The notes: generated by a model from the letters alone, not told the origin. A stretch of 64,000 nucleotides of DNA from Octopus bimaculoides (GCF_001194135.2 NC_068999.1:4184356-4248355), one strand, 5' to 3'; shown: positions 36,764 through 46,982, counted from the first letter of the stretch. Numbers and translations: made by a program.

Positions 36764-38117
36764 GGCAATGAGTTGACAGAATCGGAAGAGCATCAAACAA
36801 AAACTGTGCTTAGTGTAGTTTCTTCCGGCTCTTTACATTCTGAGTTCACGTCCTGTCAAGGTCAACTTTGCCTTTCATCCTTTCGGGGTCAACAAAATGA
36901 AGTAGCAAACTGAGGTCAGTGTAATTGACTCGATCCCATCCCCAAATTTCAGGCTTTGAGCTTATAGCAAAAAGAATCATCATCATCATCGTCATCATCA
37001 TCGTCATCGTCATCATCATCGTCATCATCGTCATCATCATCGTCATCATCATCATCGTCATCGTCATCATCATCGTCATCATCATCATCGTCATCGTCAT
37101 CATCATCNNNNNNNNNNNNNNNNNNNNNNNNNNNNNNNNNNNNNNNNNNNNNNNNNNNNNNNNNNNNNNNNNNNNNNNNNNNNNNNNNNNNNNNNNNNNN
37201 NNNNNNNNNNNNNNNNNNNNNNNNNNNNNNNNNNNNNNNNNNNNNNNNNNNNNNNNNNNNNNNNNNNNNNNNNNNNNNNNNNNNNNNNNNNNNNNNNNNN
37301 NNNNNNNNNNNNNNNNNNNNNNNNNNNNNNNNNNNNNNNNNNNNNNNNNNNNNNNNNNNNNNNNNNNNNNNNNNNNNNNNNNNNNNNNNNNNNNNNNNNN
37401 NNNNNNNNNNNNNNNNNNNNNNNNNNNNNNNNNNNNNNNNNNNNNNNNNNNNNNNNNNNNNNNNNNNNNNNNAAGAACCGCTGGAAGGATTCAGATGAAA
37501 CTTTCAGGGATGTTTGGCCTCATAACTTGCACAAATTGATTACATTTTGGGATTGATCCGGAACCGGACAAGGATTCTGGATTATTTTTCTGGTTTTTTA
37601 ACTTAATTTTTGAGGGGGGGGGGGGCAAACCCACAAATATATACCACAGGCTTCTTTCAGTTTCCATCAACCAAATCCACTCACAAGGCTTTAGTAGAAG
37701 ACACTTGCCTAATGTGCCATGCAGTGGGACTGAACCCAGAACCATGTGGTTGGTAAGCAAGCCACTTACCACACAGCCACTCCTGCACCTATTTATTATT
37801 ATTATTATTCCTTCATTTTCACAATGGTGATGATGTTAACACTGGATCGTAAAAGATACTGAGAAAAAAGAAAAATGTAAAAAGAAAGAAAAAAAGTAAC
37901 TCCACTGACCTGTTGGAAGTACAGATGGTGTGAGATTGTTGCAGGAATGCGACGGGGGTGGCCCATGCATGTGAGGGCTGCTGGGGACACCTGGGTGCAA
38001 GTGTGCTGGTCCTGCATGGTGACCATGGTGATGAGGGGGGTTGTACTGTGGGTGGGGCTGTGTTTGGTAATGTGAGTTGAAGGGGCTGTAATACTGTGCA
38101 GCATTGTTTGGTCCACC
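253..38117 (-). CDS. FNDC3A: FNDC3A/B-like fibronectin type III domain-containing protein; partial spliced CDS of 16 exons, 5' and 3' ends not in the model
   Basis: 16 exons with canonical AG/GT sites join in matching phases into 2043 nt = 681 stop-free codons. The product has a Pro/His-rich region followed by tandem FN3 repeats, with motifs recalled from human FNDC3A ([58 protein letters not shown]). Confidence 0.95.
571..725 (+). mobile_element. SINE-like family B with RTE-type 3' end and (GAT)n tail
   Basis: gagtggttggcgttaggaagggcatccagctgtag ... ccaacccatgctagcatggaaagcggacgttaaacgatgat; more than 12 copies. Confidence 0.8.
1402..1574 (-). CDS. FNDC3A: FNDC3 exon o ([14 protein letters not shown]...CSNKIG), phase 1 to 0
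   Basis: Acceptor tttgttgcag|GT, donor GGG|gtaggt; 173 nt. Confidence 0.96.
2605..2710 (-). CDS. FNDC3A: FNDC3 exon n ([15 protein letters not shown]...SLHLRW), phase 0 to 1
   Basis: Acceptor tctttttgcag|TTT, donor GGG|gtaagt; 106 nt. Confidence 0.95.
3318..3430 (-). CDS. FNDC3A: FNDC3 exon m ([13 protein letters not shown]...GPGGKSD), phase 1 to 0
   Basis: Acceptor tctttttgcag|GT, donor GAT|gtaagt; 113 nt. Confidence 0.94.
4690..4860 (+). repeat. Dispersed repeat family D
   Basis: acctgctagaaataacagcc ... gacctgggg; related copies at ~6885, 7800, 21950, 22550, 34600, 54420-54980. Confidence 0.7.
9298..9452 (-). mobile_element. SINE family A, 5' half
   Basis: Same core; further partial copies at ~10385, 20750, 37650, 44740, 46700 (minus) and 56583, 57850 (plus). 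Confidence 0.8.
10908..10973 (-). CDS. FNDC3A: FNDC3 exon l ([22 protein letters not shown]), phase 1 to 1
   Basis: Acceptor ttccctacag|AT, donor AAG|gtgagt; 66 nt; resembles human DPPKDNGG. Confidence 0.94.
11256..11609 (-). mobile_element. SINE family A, near full length
   Basis: Colinear with 16253-16661. Confidence 0.85.
11695..11915 (-). mobile_element. Family B copy
   Basis: Near-identical reverse complement of 571-725; more at ~16675, 23400, 28100, 34020, 52490, 52960 (minus) and 18590, 26340, 39780, 62400 (plus). Confidence 0.82.
12114..12252 (-). CDS. FNDC3A: FNDC3 exon k ([14 protein letters not shown]...HFKVTW), phase 0 to 1
   Basis: Acceptor ctaattttag|TTA, donor GGG|gtgagt; 139 nt. 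Confidence 0.95.
12819..12905 (-). CDS. FNDC3A: FNDC3 exon j ([11 protein letters not shown]...NTDYRFR), phase 0 to 0
   Basis: Acceptor ttcttttacag|GGA, donor AGG|gtaaat; 87 nt. Confidence 0.95.
13763..13922 (-). CDS. FNDC3A: FNDC3 exon i ([18 protein letters not shown]...QMEDETT), phase 2 to 0
   Basis: Acceptor ctctgttttcag|C, donor ACT|gtaagt; 160 nt. Confidence 0.94.
14085..14300 (-). mobile_element. R4/Dong 3' fragment (same subfamily as 41232-41805)
   Basis: [40 protein letters not shown]; clear nucleotide similarity to 41240-41450; (TAA)n at the 3' end. Confidence 0.85.
14371..14495 (-). CDS. FNDC3A: FNDC3 exon h ([13 protein letters not shown]...AAINSIGK), phase 0 to 2
   Basis: Acceptor cttttccag|GGC, donor AAAG|gttggt; 125 nt. 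Confidence 0.93.
16253..16661 (-). mobile_element. Full-length tRNA-derived SINE, family A (most abundant), with internal (TA)n/(TG)n tract
   Basis: Head ggcgtaggagtggctgtgtggtaag, core gcaccttgggtaagtgtcttctactatagcc, tail ccagcatggccacag; more than 15 related copies in the window. Confidence 0.85.
17282..17335 (-). CDS. FNDC3A: FNDC3 exon g ([18 protein letters not shown]), phase 0 to 0
   Basis: Acceptor ctctcttttcag|GCT, donor AAG|gtaggt; 54 nt; NGSKI motif. Confidence 0.93.
19365..19503 (-). CDS. FNDC3A: FNDC3 exon f ([15 protein letters not shown]...KNSLLLKWN), phase 2 to 0
   Basis: Acceptor ttcttctttcag|A, donor AAT|gtaagt; 139 nt. Confidence 0.95.
19870..20144 (-). mobile_element. 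SINE-like element with a tRNA-like head carrying a Penelope-type minimal hammerhead motif
   Basis: A-box-like TGGTTTAGTGG (20127-20137), B-box-like GAGTTTGATTCC (20083-20094), (AAT)n spacer, hammerhead core at 19955-20000, then AT-rich tail; ends approximate. Confidence 0.7.
19955..20000 (-). ncRNA. Minimal type I hammerhead ribozyme motif, probably inactive (G12A)
   Basis: GACAC-CTGACGA-A-GGCTG[GAGGGTATAT]CAGCC-AAAAC-GT-T-GTGTT: helix I GACAC/GTGTT, helix II GGCTG/CAGCC, palindromic helix III (AACGTT), NUH = GUU. Confidence 0.7.
20293..20352 (-). CDS. FNDC3A: FNDC3 exon e ([19 protein letters not shown]), phase 2 to 2
   Basis: Acceptor catctacag|T, donor AAG|gtaaga; 60 nt; FN3 LKP-T-Y motif. 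Confidence 0.93.
21111..21254. mobile_element. Tc1/mariner-pogo-type MITE
   Basis: 22-bp TIRs ctgtattttaacatgtataagg / ccttatgcatggtaaaatacag (2 mismatches); TA left, TG right. Confidence 0.7.
21630..21769 (-). CDS. FNDC3A: FNDC3 exon d ([11 protein letters not shown]...[12 protein letters not shown]), phase 0 to 2
   Basis: Acceptor gtgttttcag|GTA, donor CAG|gtgatt; 140 nt. Confidence 0.92.
22192..22333. repeat. 63-bp tandem repeat, about 2.25 copies
   Basis: Units start at 22192, 22255 and 22318 (catggaggtgtgaatgaggagattaaagag...). Confidence 0.9.
25290..25630 (+). mobile_element. RTE LINE 3' fragment
   Basis: Remnants KRRLRWY(G)HVMCMDES and [17 protein letters not shown]. Confidence 0.75.
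26590..26960 (+). mobile_element. Highly decayed RTE LINE 3' fragment
   Basis: [16 protein letters not shown] and ELREELDL remnants. Confidence 0.55.
27016..27158 (-). CDS. FNDC3A: FNDC3 exon c (VNISVNGD...[10 protein letters not shown]), phase 1 to 0
   Basis: Acceptor gtgttttacag|TG, donor AAG|gtaagt; 143 nt; SNIPEP resembles human SNIVKP before FN3-1. Confidence 0.9.
32295..32648 (-). mobile_element. SINE family A, near full length
   Basis: Colinear with 16253-16661. Confidence 0.8.
33020..33240 (+). mobile_element. SINE family A, 3' half, inverted relative to the 32295 copy
   Basis: cttgacaaccagtgttggtgtgtttacatcccc ... ccagcatggccacagtctaatgactgaaac. Confidence 0.8.
35193..35330 (-). 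CDS. FNDC3A: FNDC3 exon b ([15 protein letters not shown]...KTNNNS), phase 1 to 1
   Basis: Acceptor tttgcgtttcag|GA, donor TCAG|gtaaac; 138 nt open in the expected phase. Confidence 0.8.
36976..37107. repeat. Compound (CAT/CGT)n microsatellite running into a gap
   Basis: Direct reading; one of dozens of (TA)n, (CA)n, (GA)n, (CAT)n, (TAG)n and (ATT)n tracts. Confidence 0.95.
37910..38117 (-). CDS. FNDC3A: FNDC3 exon a (Pro/His-rich; [12 protein letters not shown]...TPSVLPT), phase 0 to 1
   Basis: Acceptor ttgtcattgcag|GGT, donor ACAG|gtcagt; 208 nt; low-complexity, so supported mainly by splice sites and phase. Confidence 0.8.
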
Positions 38118-38380
38118 CTGCAATGACAACAAGAAGAATTCATGAGTCAAACAACAACAACAACGACGAGAGCATCAAAATACATGCAAAGACATGGTGA
38201 CCACCCTGGCTGAGACTCCAAACAGGAGATAAGAGTCTCATGAAGAGGCAGAGTTTGTCATGATTACTCAACCTCCTACAACAATTTTCAATGGACAAAT
38301 CTGATCCAATGATCTGCATCACTGGTGATGAATGGGAGAGTCCACATTTGAAGGGATGACGGGTAGGTGATGTTCCTTCT

Positions 38381-38708
38381 TATTTCTTAAAATTTTTTAT
38401 GCACCCTTTTTAAAGCCTAGCCAGGCTCATGGGCCCAGCTTCCCAGTTTCTATGGCATATGTGTCCCCCCCTCCCCAGCTGGACGGGACGCCAGTCCGTC
38501 GCAGCGTTACTCAAGAAACAGGAAGAAAAAGTGAGAGAAAGTTGGGGCGAAAGAGTACAACAGGGGTCGCCACCACCCTCTGCCAGAACCTCGTGGAGCT
38601 TTTGGTGTTTTCACTCAATAAACACACACAATGCCCAGACTGGGAATCGAAACCACGATCCTTCGACCAGAGTCCGCTGCCCTAACCACTGGGCCATTGC
38701 GCCCCCAC
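38381..38708 (-). mobile_element. tRNA-derived SINE with Meta/V-type central domain and 12-bp TSD
   Basis: A-box TGGCCCAGTGG, B-box GGTTTCGATTCC, core ctgcgacggactggcgtcccgtccag; TSD GATGTTCCTTCT at 38369-38380 and 38709-38720. Confidence 0.85.
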
Positions 38709-38792
38709 GATGTTCCTTCTAAAGAAGAGTTAAGCAAGTTCTTTCCCATGTTAATTCCAACCCAGCTTGATGCCTTATCGATAATTATAATA

Positions 38793-39000
38793 ACGGTCTC
38801 AAATTTTTGGCACAAGGCCAGCAAGTTTGGAGGCGGGGATAAGTTGATTATATCGACCCCCAAGTGCTCAACTGGGTCTCATTTTATTGACCCCGAAAGG
38901 ACAAAAGGCAAAGCTGACCCCGGCAGCATTTGAACTCACAACATAAATTTTGAAAGAAACGCTGATAAGCATTTTGTCTGGCATGCTAATGATTCTGTCA
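38793..39000 (-). mobile_element. tRNA-derived SINE family C with (ATT)n-type tail
   Basis: Shared core tttgcctttcatcctttcggggtc; copies at ~5233, 15095, 21420, 32860 (minus) and 13990, 17925, 36765, 39650, 41810, 57965 (plus). Confidence 0.75.
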
Positions 39001-41039
39001 TACTGTCTCCTGATATAGTGACCACCCTGGCTGAGATTACAAACAGGAAATAACGAGTCTCACGATGAGGTGGAGGTGGGCATGATTACCCCCCCCCCCC
39101 TACAACGATCTTTAATGATAAGTCTGAACTAATGATCGGCATCAGTGGTGATGAATGGGAGAGTCTATATTTGAGAGGGGAGGGCAGGTAGGTGATATTC
39201 CTTCAAAGGAAGAGTTAAATAAGGTCTTTTCCATGTTAATTCCTGTACAACAGATCATCGTTAACATTGATGCTAATTAGCCAGCATCCTATCCCTGCTC
39301 AACAGAGAGCCATATCGTACAGTTATAATATGTTTTAGTGTGTGTGTGTGCGCATATATGTACAACTAGTGTGTTTCTGTATGTGCAAGTGAGTATAGAC
39401 GCGTAGGATGATCAGTGGTGTGGTGTGTGCGTGCATATGTACATGTATGTATCTGTGTATGTAACTGCGTACAGATGTTTGGGAAGTTCTTTGTGTGTGT
39501 ATATATATATACGTGTGTGTAATTAATATGTGAGTGAGTACAGATATGTAGGAGGCTCCATTTGTCTGTGTGTGTGTGTTTATATGGTTACATTCACACA
39601 CACACACATCAAGTCTTTAATAACTGCTTATTATTATTATTATTATACAGATGCTGGCAGAATCGTTAGCACACCGGGCAAAATGCTTAACGATATTTCG
39701 TCCATCTTTGTGTTCTGGGTTCAAATTCCGCCACAGAAACCATGTAAAAACAGACGACTGGAACCTAATGCAACCTTTAGGTTTGCCTTTCCCTTTAGAA
39801 CTATCCAACCCATGCCAGCATGGAAAACAGATATTAAATGATGATGATGATGTATCTACCGAAATTTCACACACACACACACATTAAAAATGTACGTATA
39901 AACAGTTGATTGGCTGAGTTGTGAGAAGGTCAGATTGATTTGTGGAAATGCTTTCTGGTTCTCTTGCTTTCAGTTCAATCAGAAAAAATGGAATCGGTAA
40001 CCAGCATATTCTATATTATTTCTGTCTGTCACAAGCACTAGGCATATGTTTTCATACCACACAAGATGAAATTCCAGATCCTAAGTTAGTAATCTAACTC
40101 ATTCTTTCACAGATTTAGTCTAATGTGTTATTTACCAGCATTGAGCTTTTTAATCGAGTTTGTAGCTTTTTGTTCTGAGAAATAGGCACACTTTCATGAA
40201 CGAGTGTGCACGTGTATGTCTACATATATATCCATGTGTATATCACGTGATCATGTGACTGAGCAACATCATTGGCCGCAATGTGCTTTCGCATTGTCTT
40301 GGCCTTCGAATGACGCCACTCCACTGGCTGGGTGAGCAGGTCAAAAGGGGAACTGGAGCAACACAAAATGAAGTGCTTTGCTCAAGAACACAATGCACCA
40401 CCCGGCCTGGGAATTGAACCCATGGTTTGTCAATCGTGAGTGCAATAACCTAACCACTAGGCCACATGCTTTCACACACGTGTGTGTGTGTGTGTGTGCA
40501 TAATGGGCATAAAAACAACTTTATACACACACACACACACACTTGTGTTACTGTTTCTCTACAACTAAGAGAAATAATTTTTAAAATCCCGTGTCAAGTT
40601 TCGCAAAACAATCTGTGTGAATAGATGTATATGTATATATATGTATATATATGCGCATGTTTGTGTGAATTTCTCCTAGAGCCAATCTGAGGTTTAATTT
40701 ACTAATCTGTGGATTAACTGTTCCTTGAGTGCTTCATCTTAACCTAGTCTTCAGCTTATTGGTGTATAAGTGTGTGTATTTATAAATATGTATGTACATA
40801 CAAACGTGTACATATATGAACACACACATACACACACTTATACTCAGTGTAAAGTTACAATGTGATATATTACATATATCATTTTAGTATTAACTTTTGA
40901 TATTTCAATTCCCATTATAATTTCAAATTCTGAAATCAATAGCAGTGACACTGTGGGTAGGGGTTGATTCAACCAATTATACACATTTCTGTACAAATTA
41001 TAACCATTATCATATACACACAACAGATTAGACTGTTGG

Positions 41040-41195
41040 AAAAGAAAAGAACCTTAACATCAGGCTACAAGTAACCTTAGATGACAAGACCCCCACCGAA
41101 GTATCCCAGCTGTCCCTAATAACACTTTTCTGAAGCTGTACTAAACTGGGTTTTATGCCTATTTCCTCTATCCATCTGTTCAAATCTTTAGGGAT
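41040..41195 (-). mobile_element. R4/Dong 3' fragment, second subfamily
   Basis: Translation TIPKDLNRWIEEIGIKPSLVQLQKSV resembles the R4 C-terminus but differs from the neighbouring copy. Confidence 0.7.
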
Positions 41196-41231
41196 AGTTA
41201 ACACCATTATTATTATTATCATTATTATTGT

Positions 41232-41805
41232 TTCTTTTTATCACAGGTTTTGTTGGAGCTCCTGGAGTCTTGCATACGTAATGGGCTTGCTCCTTGCAGC
41301 CTACGGTACCATGCTATCCATTCTCTTCAGCTCTCTAATACTTTCCTGATTATTCTGGTTGTGCCAAACACGCGAACCTTTTGTAACAGTTCTACTGGGC
41401 ACCCTATTCCAATTTCCTTTATATTCTCTTGATGCCTTCTGATACTGTCCCCAAGGACCCAACAATAATTGGCACTATCGTCACTTACTTCATTTTCTGT
41501 AGCCGGGCTATTTTGTACTTAAGAGGGGTTGTATCTATTGATCTTTGCACCTTCCTTCTTGACTATTCGTGGGTCAAAGGGGCACACAGCATCAACTATA
41601 CAGTGCTTGTGGTGCCCCTGCTCTGTTATGCTCTAGCACCTGATCTGTTTCGATAGGGAAACCCCAGAGGATTTTGCTAGTTTCTGCGGTTTGTCCTCAT
41701 TCCACATCTTGCCCCTCTCTAGCCCCAACTTTTCACACAGTTTCCAATGTAGCGCTTTTGCTACTGGGTCACGTCACCGCAACTTGTAGTGGTTTTCGTT
41801 ATTAC
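41232..41805 (-). mobile_element. R4/Dong-clade non-LTR retrotransposon, 5'-truncated (RLE endonuclease region)
   Basis: Frameshifted translation DPVAKALHWKLCEK / ILWGFPIETDQVLEHNR / IVDAVCPFD / VTIVPIIVGSLG / [20 protein letters not shown]; 3' end abuts (TAA)n. Confidence 0.88.
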
Positions 41806-44800
41806 TAGTATTCCGCCGAGGTCGACAAATCAAGAACCAGTTGAATACTGGAGTTGATGTGATCAACTGTCCCCCTCACCACAACACCCAGGCCTTATTA
41901 TTATTACAAAGTACCAGCTAAATACTGGATTCAATGCTATCAACTGCTCCCCTTAAAAATTGCTGGGTCCTTAAGATTCCCTATAAGGTTTTGTTGTTAA
42001 AATTTTTATGTGCATCAAATCGCTTATACATCCTCAATGCACAAAATATTTTCACAAATTTTTTTATAGAATTTCTAATAATATTTAATTATAAAAATAG
42101 GGTTTTTTTAAACATTAAATTGGTATAAGGGTCCATCTGAATAAAAATAGGGATCAAAGGGGCCCATAGATAAAATACAATTGAGAAACACTGTGATAGA
42201 CCTTGTAAGGTGGTGCCCCAGCTTGGTCACAAATCAAATGACTGAAACAAGTAAAAGATACAAGTACATACAAACACACACACACACACACACGCACCAC
42301 CTCCCACCCCACCAGATCCTTACACCCAGTCCTTCTTCCCCCTCAAGTTCTAATGCCATCCCACCCCCCACCGTTTAAGTCAACATTGAACACAAAAAAT
42401 ATAAACCAGAAAAGAGAAAGAAAAGAAGAGGAAGGGATGTTTGGTAGGATGGATGATGATGATGATGCTGGTGGTGGTTGATGGTAATGGTCTGTGAGGA
42501 TGTGCTGAATGGTAATGGTTGTTGTTGTTGCTGTTGTTAATGGTGGTGGTAGTGGTTGGTGGTGGTAGTGGTTGGTGGTGGTGGTGAAATTTCTGTGTTG
42601 CCTACAGAAACAGTGTCAGGTTGCCAGCCAAATTGTGAAGTAAGAATCGAATGACGAGGTGGAGGGGAGGGAGAGAGAGAAAGACAGAGAAGGAGAGGTA
42701 GAGAGGTGAGGGAGGGGAGAAAGTGCTGTCTTGCATAAAGATGTTGAATTAAAGTCTTCAGTTACTGTAGTTCTTAGAGAGGAAACAATACACACAGGCA
42801 CACACACACATGCACACACACACACACACAGAGGGTGGTGCTCCCACATGGTCTTAGTTATGATGGCTGACAAAACTAAAGACTACATTATGTATATAAA
42901 CACATTCCACATAACAGTTACATGGAGAGAGAGAAATATCACAGCAATTTCGGATCTGCTGTTTATGTATGGTGTGCGCGCACACACACACACACACAGT
43001 GTTGCGTTGTGGTGTGGTTATATGCTGTGAGTTCCATTTTGTAAGGGTTACATGTTATGGAGTCCCAGCTTTAGATGTTTTTTTTTCAGATGTGATAAAA
43101 ACCATTTGTGCAATGCTGGTGATTAGAATTCTCAACACTGGACAAATAAAGAGGCCCTCACGGTAAGGCTGAAGAGAATAGAATCCGAGAGTGGTTGGCA
43201 GCAATTCCAGCAAAAGCCCCAGCATACATTGACCAGGATTTTGTATTTGTCTTTCAGGGTGTACTCAGTTCTCATGTTTTGCTTGGAAAATGACAAGGAA
43301 CAACAGAATTCTATGTGTGACTATACAAAGATTGAGTAAAGAAGAATGATGTCTAGATTTCTCAGACTTGAAGATTCTGGGAATCCAAGAACACATCCTG
43401 CAAGCCACATTAACTTTATTCTTGATGTGGATGTCCCAGCTTATATTATGGTTTACAATTTACTCTGAAGTCTCTTAACATCATTACTGGATACCATAAA
43501 AGATTCTATCAAATGGAGAGAATATTCTTAAGAACATCCTCTTTGACAAAATTTTTTCCTCGTTCAATTTCTTTTTCTCCCATTGACTACCATCTTTATT
43601 TTCTTCCCAACCACTCCTGCCCACCACTACATAATGTGTGGTAGCCATGTATCTCCTGTTCAGCAAGATCCCTGTTTTTGTCCCTCTGTCATACTTTATG
43701 CCCTTCCAAGAACACCTTCAGAAATGCATCAATGAAAACAGACACCACATGATGGATGTTGTTCTCCACACTTGATTTTGACAAATACTAATTCAATACG
43801 AACACGTTGATGTCAATAAAATTAACGAGTAAAATTAATGACTTTGTGAATTTTTCAAAAACGTCCGTCCTCTCTGCCCCACCCTGTACATGCAGAGGTA
43901 TTCACATAAACAAGTTGTGTCTAATGTGTGTGAATAGACATGTAGATGTGCTTAAAAGAATGATACATACAGGAATTACATTCAAACACTGAAGCATTTC
44001 CCACTACCTAGCAACCCCCTCTGTCTGTCTCTCATTCTCTCTGTATATAAGACACACACACACACACACACACATTCATCATTCCTATATGTGTGTGAAT
44101 GAATATTTTGCTGCTATTATATGCTACCATCAAAGACACACACCATTCCTGTTCGACAAAAACATCTCAAGATGGATCACACTTGGACAAATACACAGTA
44201 TTTTCATTTCTAAGACCCACCTTTTCCTAAAGCAGCCCCAACAAAACCACTGCCCCATGCCTTTCCCCTTCTCTCTTCCCTACCAGGTTTCAATGTGGAT
44301 CCCAGTATTGAGTCAACAACCGTGATTTAGGTTTTCAGGTTGCGTACACCAGAGGAACCTATTCTGAAGACTATTTCGGGAAAAGTGGATACGGACATAT
44401 GTGTGCGTATGTATGTATATAATATATGTATGCGTGCATGTGTGTGTATATCATAATATTGTCATCATAATTTTAACATCTACTTTTCTATGCTTTCATG
44501 AGTCAGACAGAAATATGCTGCAACAGAGTTTTCTCTGTGGATGGTCACCTTTCTTGCCACCACCGACTGCCACTTCTTTCCAAGTGATGTGAATAATACC
44601 CCAGCTTGTTGAACCACAAACAGCTTGGACAGCCTTTCGCAGTGGACGGTAAACAAGGAAGACCGTTTGTGAAGCCACTGTTTACAAATAGTGAGTGACC
44701 ACATGTACAGACGATGGGAATTTTCATATACGCAACAAGCTCCTTTCAATTTTCTGTCAAAGAAATCCATTCAGAAGGTTTTGGAAGACTCGGGGCTGTA

Positions 44801-44894
44801 GCGGGAAAGACTTGCCCAAGGTGCCACACAGTGGGACAGAACCTGGAACCATATGAAACAATTAATATATGTACATGCATGTATGTACAAATAA

Positions 44895-44934
<40 letters not shown>

Positions 44935-45804
44935 TTCGTTCCTTTTATGTCTGTTTTCCCATGCTAGTATGAGTTGGACGACTACTTCTTAAGGCATTAT
45001 TTTACAGCCGGATATGACCTTCCTGTCTTGGATCGAAGAAAAATAATGCAGCTTATTGTTAACATCTCATTCATTCATAAACACAACCGATGGCTCAAAG
45101 TCTGGCTGTTTGCACTAACACCACCACCACCACCACTCTATCTCAACCCAACCCCCTCTCTACCTAATACTTCATCAGAGTTACTTTTGAGATGTGTGGA
45201 CACATGTTGTGTGACATGTGGCAGTATTGATGGAGTGCCGTGTGGTAGTGAAAGGCAGGTGACAAACCACTTTATCAATCTTCAAGTGGGGTGGGCATAG
45301 ATGGAATCAGAAGATAGAATATTTTCCCCAGACTGTTTCTTAAGCAATGACATCCTTATGTAATGATGTCCTGGTGTAAAGGACATCCTTATGTAATGAT
45401 GTCCCAGTGTAATGACATTCTGATGTAATGACGTAAGGGTGTTCTGATGATGAGAAAGTCAGGAATGATGGAGAAAACTAATGGATTAATTATAGCCAAT
45501 AAGAAAAAGATGAAATTACAAACACACAAAGATGCATATATACGTATATACACACACATACATACACATATATATGCACAGACGTACATATACACACATA
45601 AATGGAGATGAAGAAACAACGCAATAAAAATGGGAAGTTGGTATTTGAGAATGCAGCAGAGGATATCTGTGTCTATGAGTGTGGAATTCTGTGAGATGCA
45701 TAGAGATTAAGATGGGTGTATATACATCATGTTGTATGTGTGTATAAAGACCACCATGGATAAGGAATAAGAATTATGAGAATAGAATATTTGATTTTGA
45801 GTCT

Positions 45805-46230
45805 ATGGATTGGGTGTGGGTGGGTGTGGATTGTGTGTGTCAATATATGAATTGTGTGTGTGTCAATATATGAATTGTGTGTGTGTGAATACATGGATTG
45901 TGTGTGTGTGTCAATGTATGGATTATGTATGTGTGGGCATATCAATACACGGATTGTGTGTGTGTACATGTGGGTATGTGTGTGTCAATACATGGATTGT
46001 GTATCTGTGTAAGTGTGGATTGAGTGTGTGTGTGTGTGTATGTGTGGGTGTGTGTATGTGTGGATTATGAGTGTGTGTGTCAGTGTGTGGGATGTGAATG
46101 TGGGTATGTGTGTGTCAAAACATGGATGGTGTGTGTATGTGTGTACATGTGGATTGTGAGTGTGTGTGTGTGTCAACGTAGAGATTGTATGTTTGCGTGG
46201 AACTAATATAGATTGTATGTGTCTATGTAT
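45805..46230. repeat. Degenerate ~22-24 bp minisatellite (tggattgtgtgtgtgtcaatac-like)
   Basis: Recurring tggattgtg and gtcaatac motifs. Confidence 0.8.
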
Positions 46231-46426
46231 GGATTAATGTGTGTGTGTGTGTGTAAGTTATGTGTGCTTACATGTGTGTGTGTGTGTGTGTGTATCTGAC
46301 ATCTTGTTTGAGAATCTTTACCACTGGTTGAAATGAAGCAGACAAAACATTCCAGAAACCATCCACAGCAACAACAAGAGTGGCATCAATACATATTAGG
46401 CTGAAGGAAATATATAGAAAAAAACT

Positions 46427-46461
<35 letters not shown>

Positions 46462-46484
46462 GGTGATGATGTTTATCATCATCA

Positions 46485-46519
<35 letters not shown>

Positions 46520-46982
46520 ACATCTTGTGTTGTTCTTTAATGTTTTGATTCATATTAGCCCTTGTAGCCAATAAAATAATTAATTAATTAATTAATTAAT
46601 TATTATTATTATTATGTAGGCTGTGAACTGGCAGAATTGAAATATTTAGTTGAACAAATCAAGCCCAGTATTTATTTTTTCAAACCTCATACTTTTTTTA
46701 TTGGTCTTTTTTGATGACCCACTAAGTGATGAGGACATAAACAAACCAACACCAGTTGTCAAACGGTAATGCTGGAATAAACACAAACACACATAGATAG
46801 ATAGATACATACATACATACATACACTTATATATATATACACACATAATGGCTTCCATGCAGTTTCTGCATACCAAATCCATTCACAAAGTTTTTGTAAG
46901 CCCAGAGCCATGACAGAAGACCCTTGCACAAGGTTGGGAAGCCAGCTTCTTAAGTACAAAACCACACCTGCACCTTCTAAAC

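Noticed and set aside
42430-42606. Acceptor-like ctgtttctgtag followed by a His/Pro-rich frame, as a possible upstream FNDC3 exon
   Set aside because: No suitable donor; sequence is (CCA)n/(CAA)n/(CAT)n low complexity.
44480-44770. Overlapping minus-strand ORFs in complex sequence
   Set aside because: No FNDC3 or other recognisable motif and no convincing splice pair; left unannotated.
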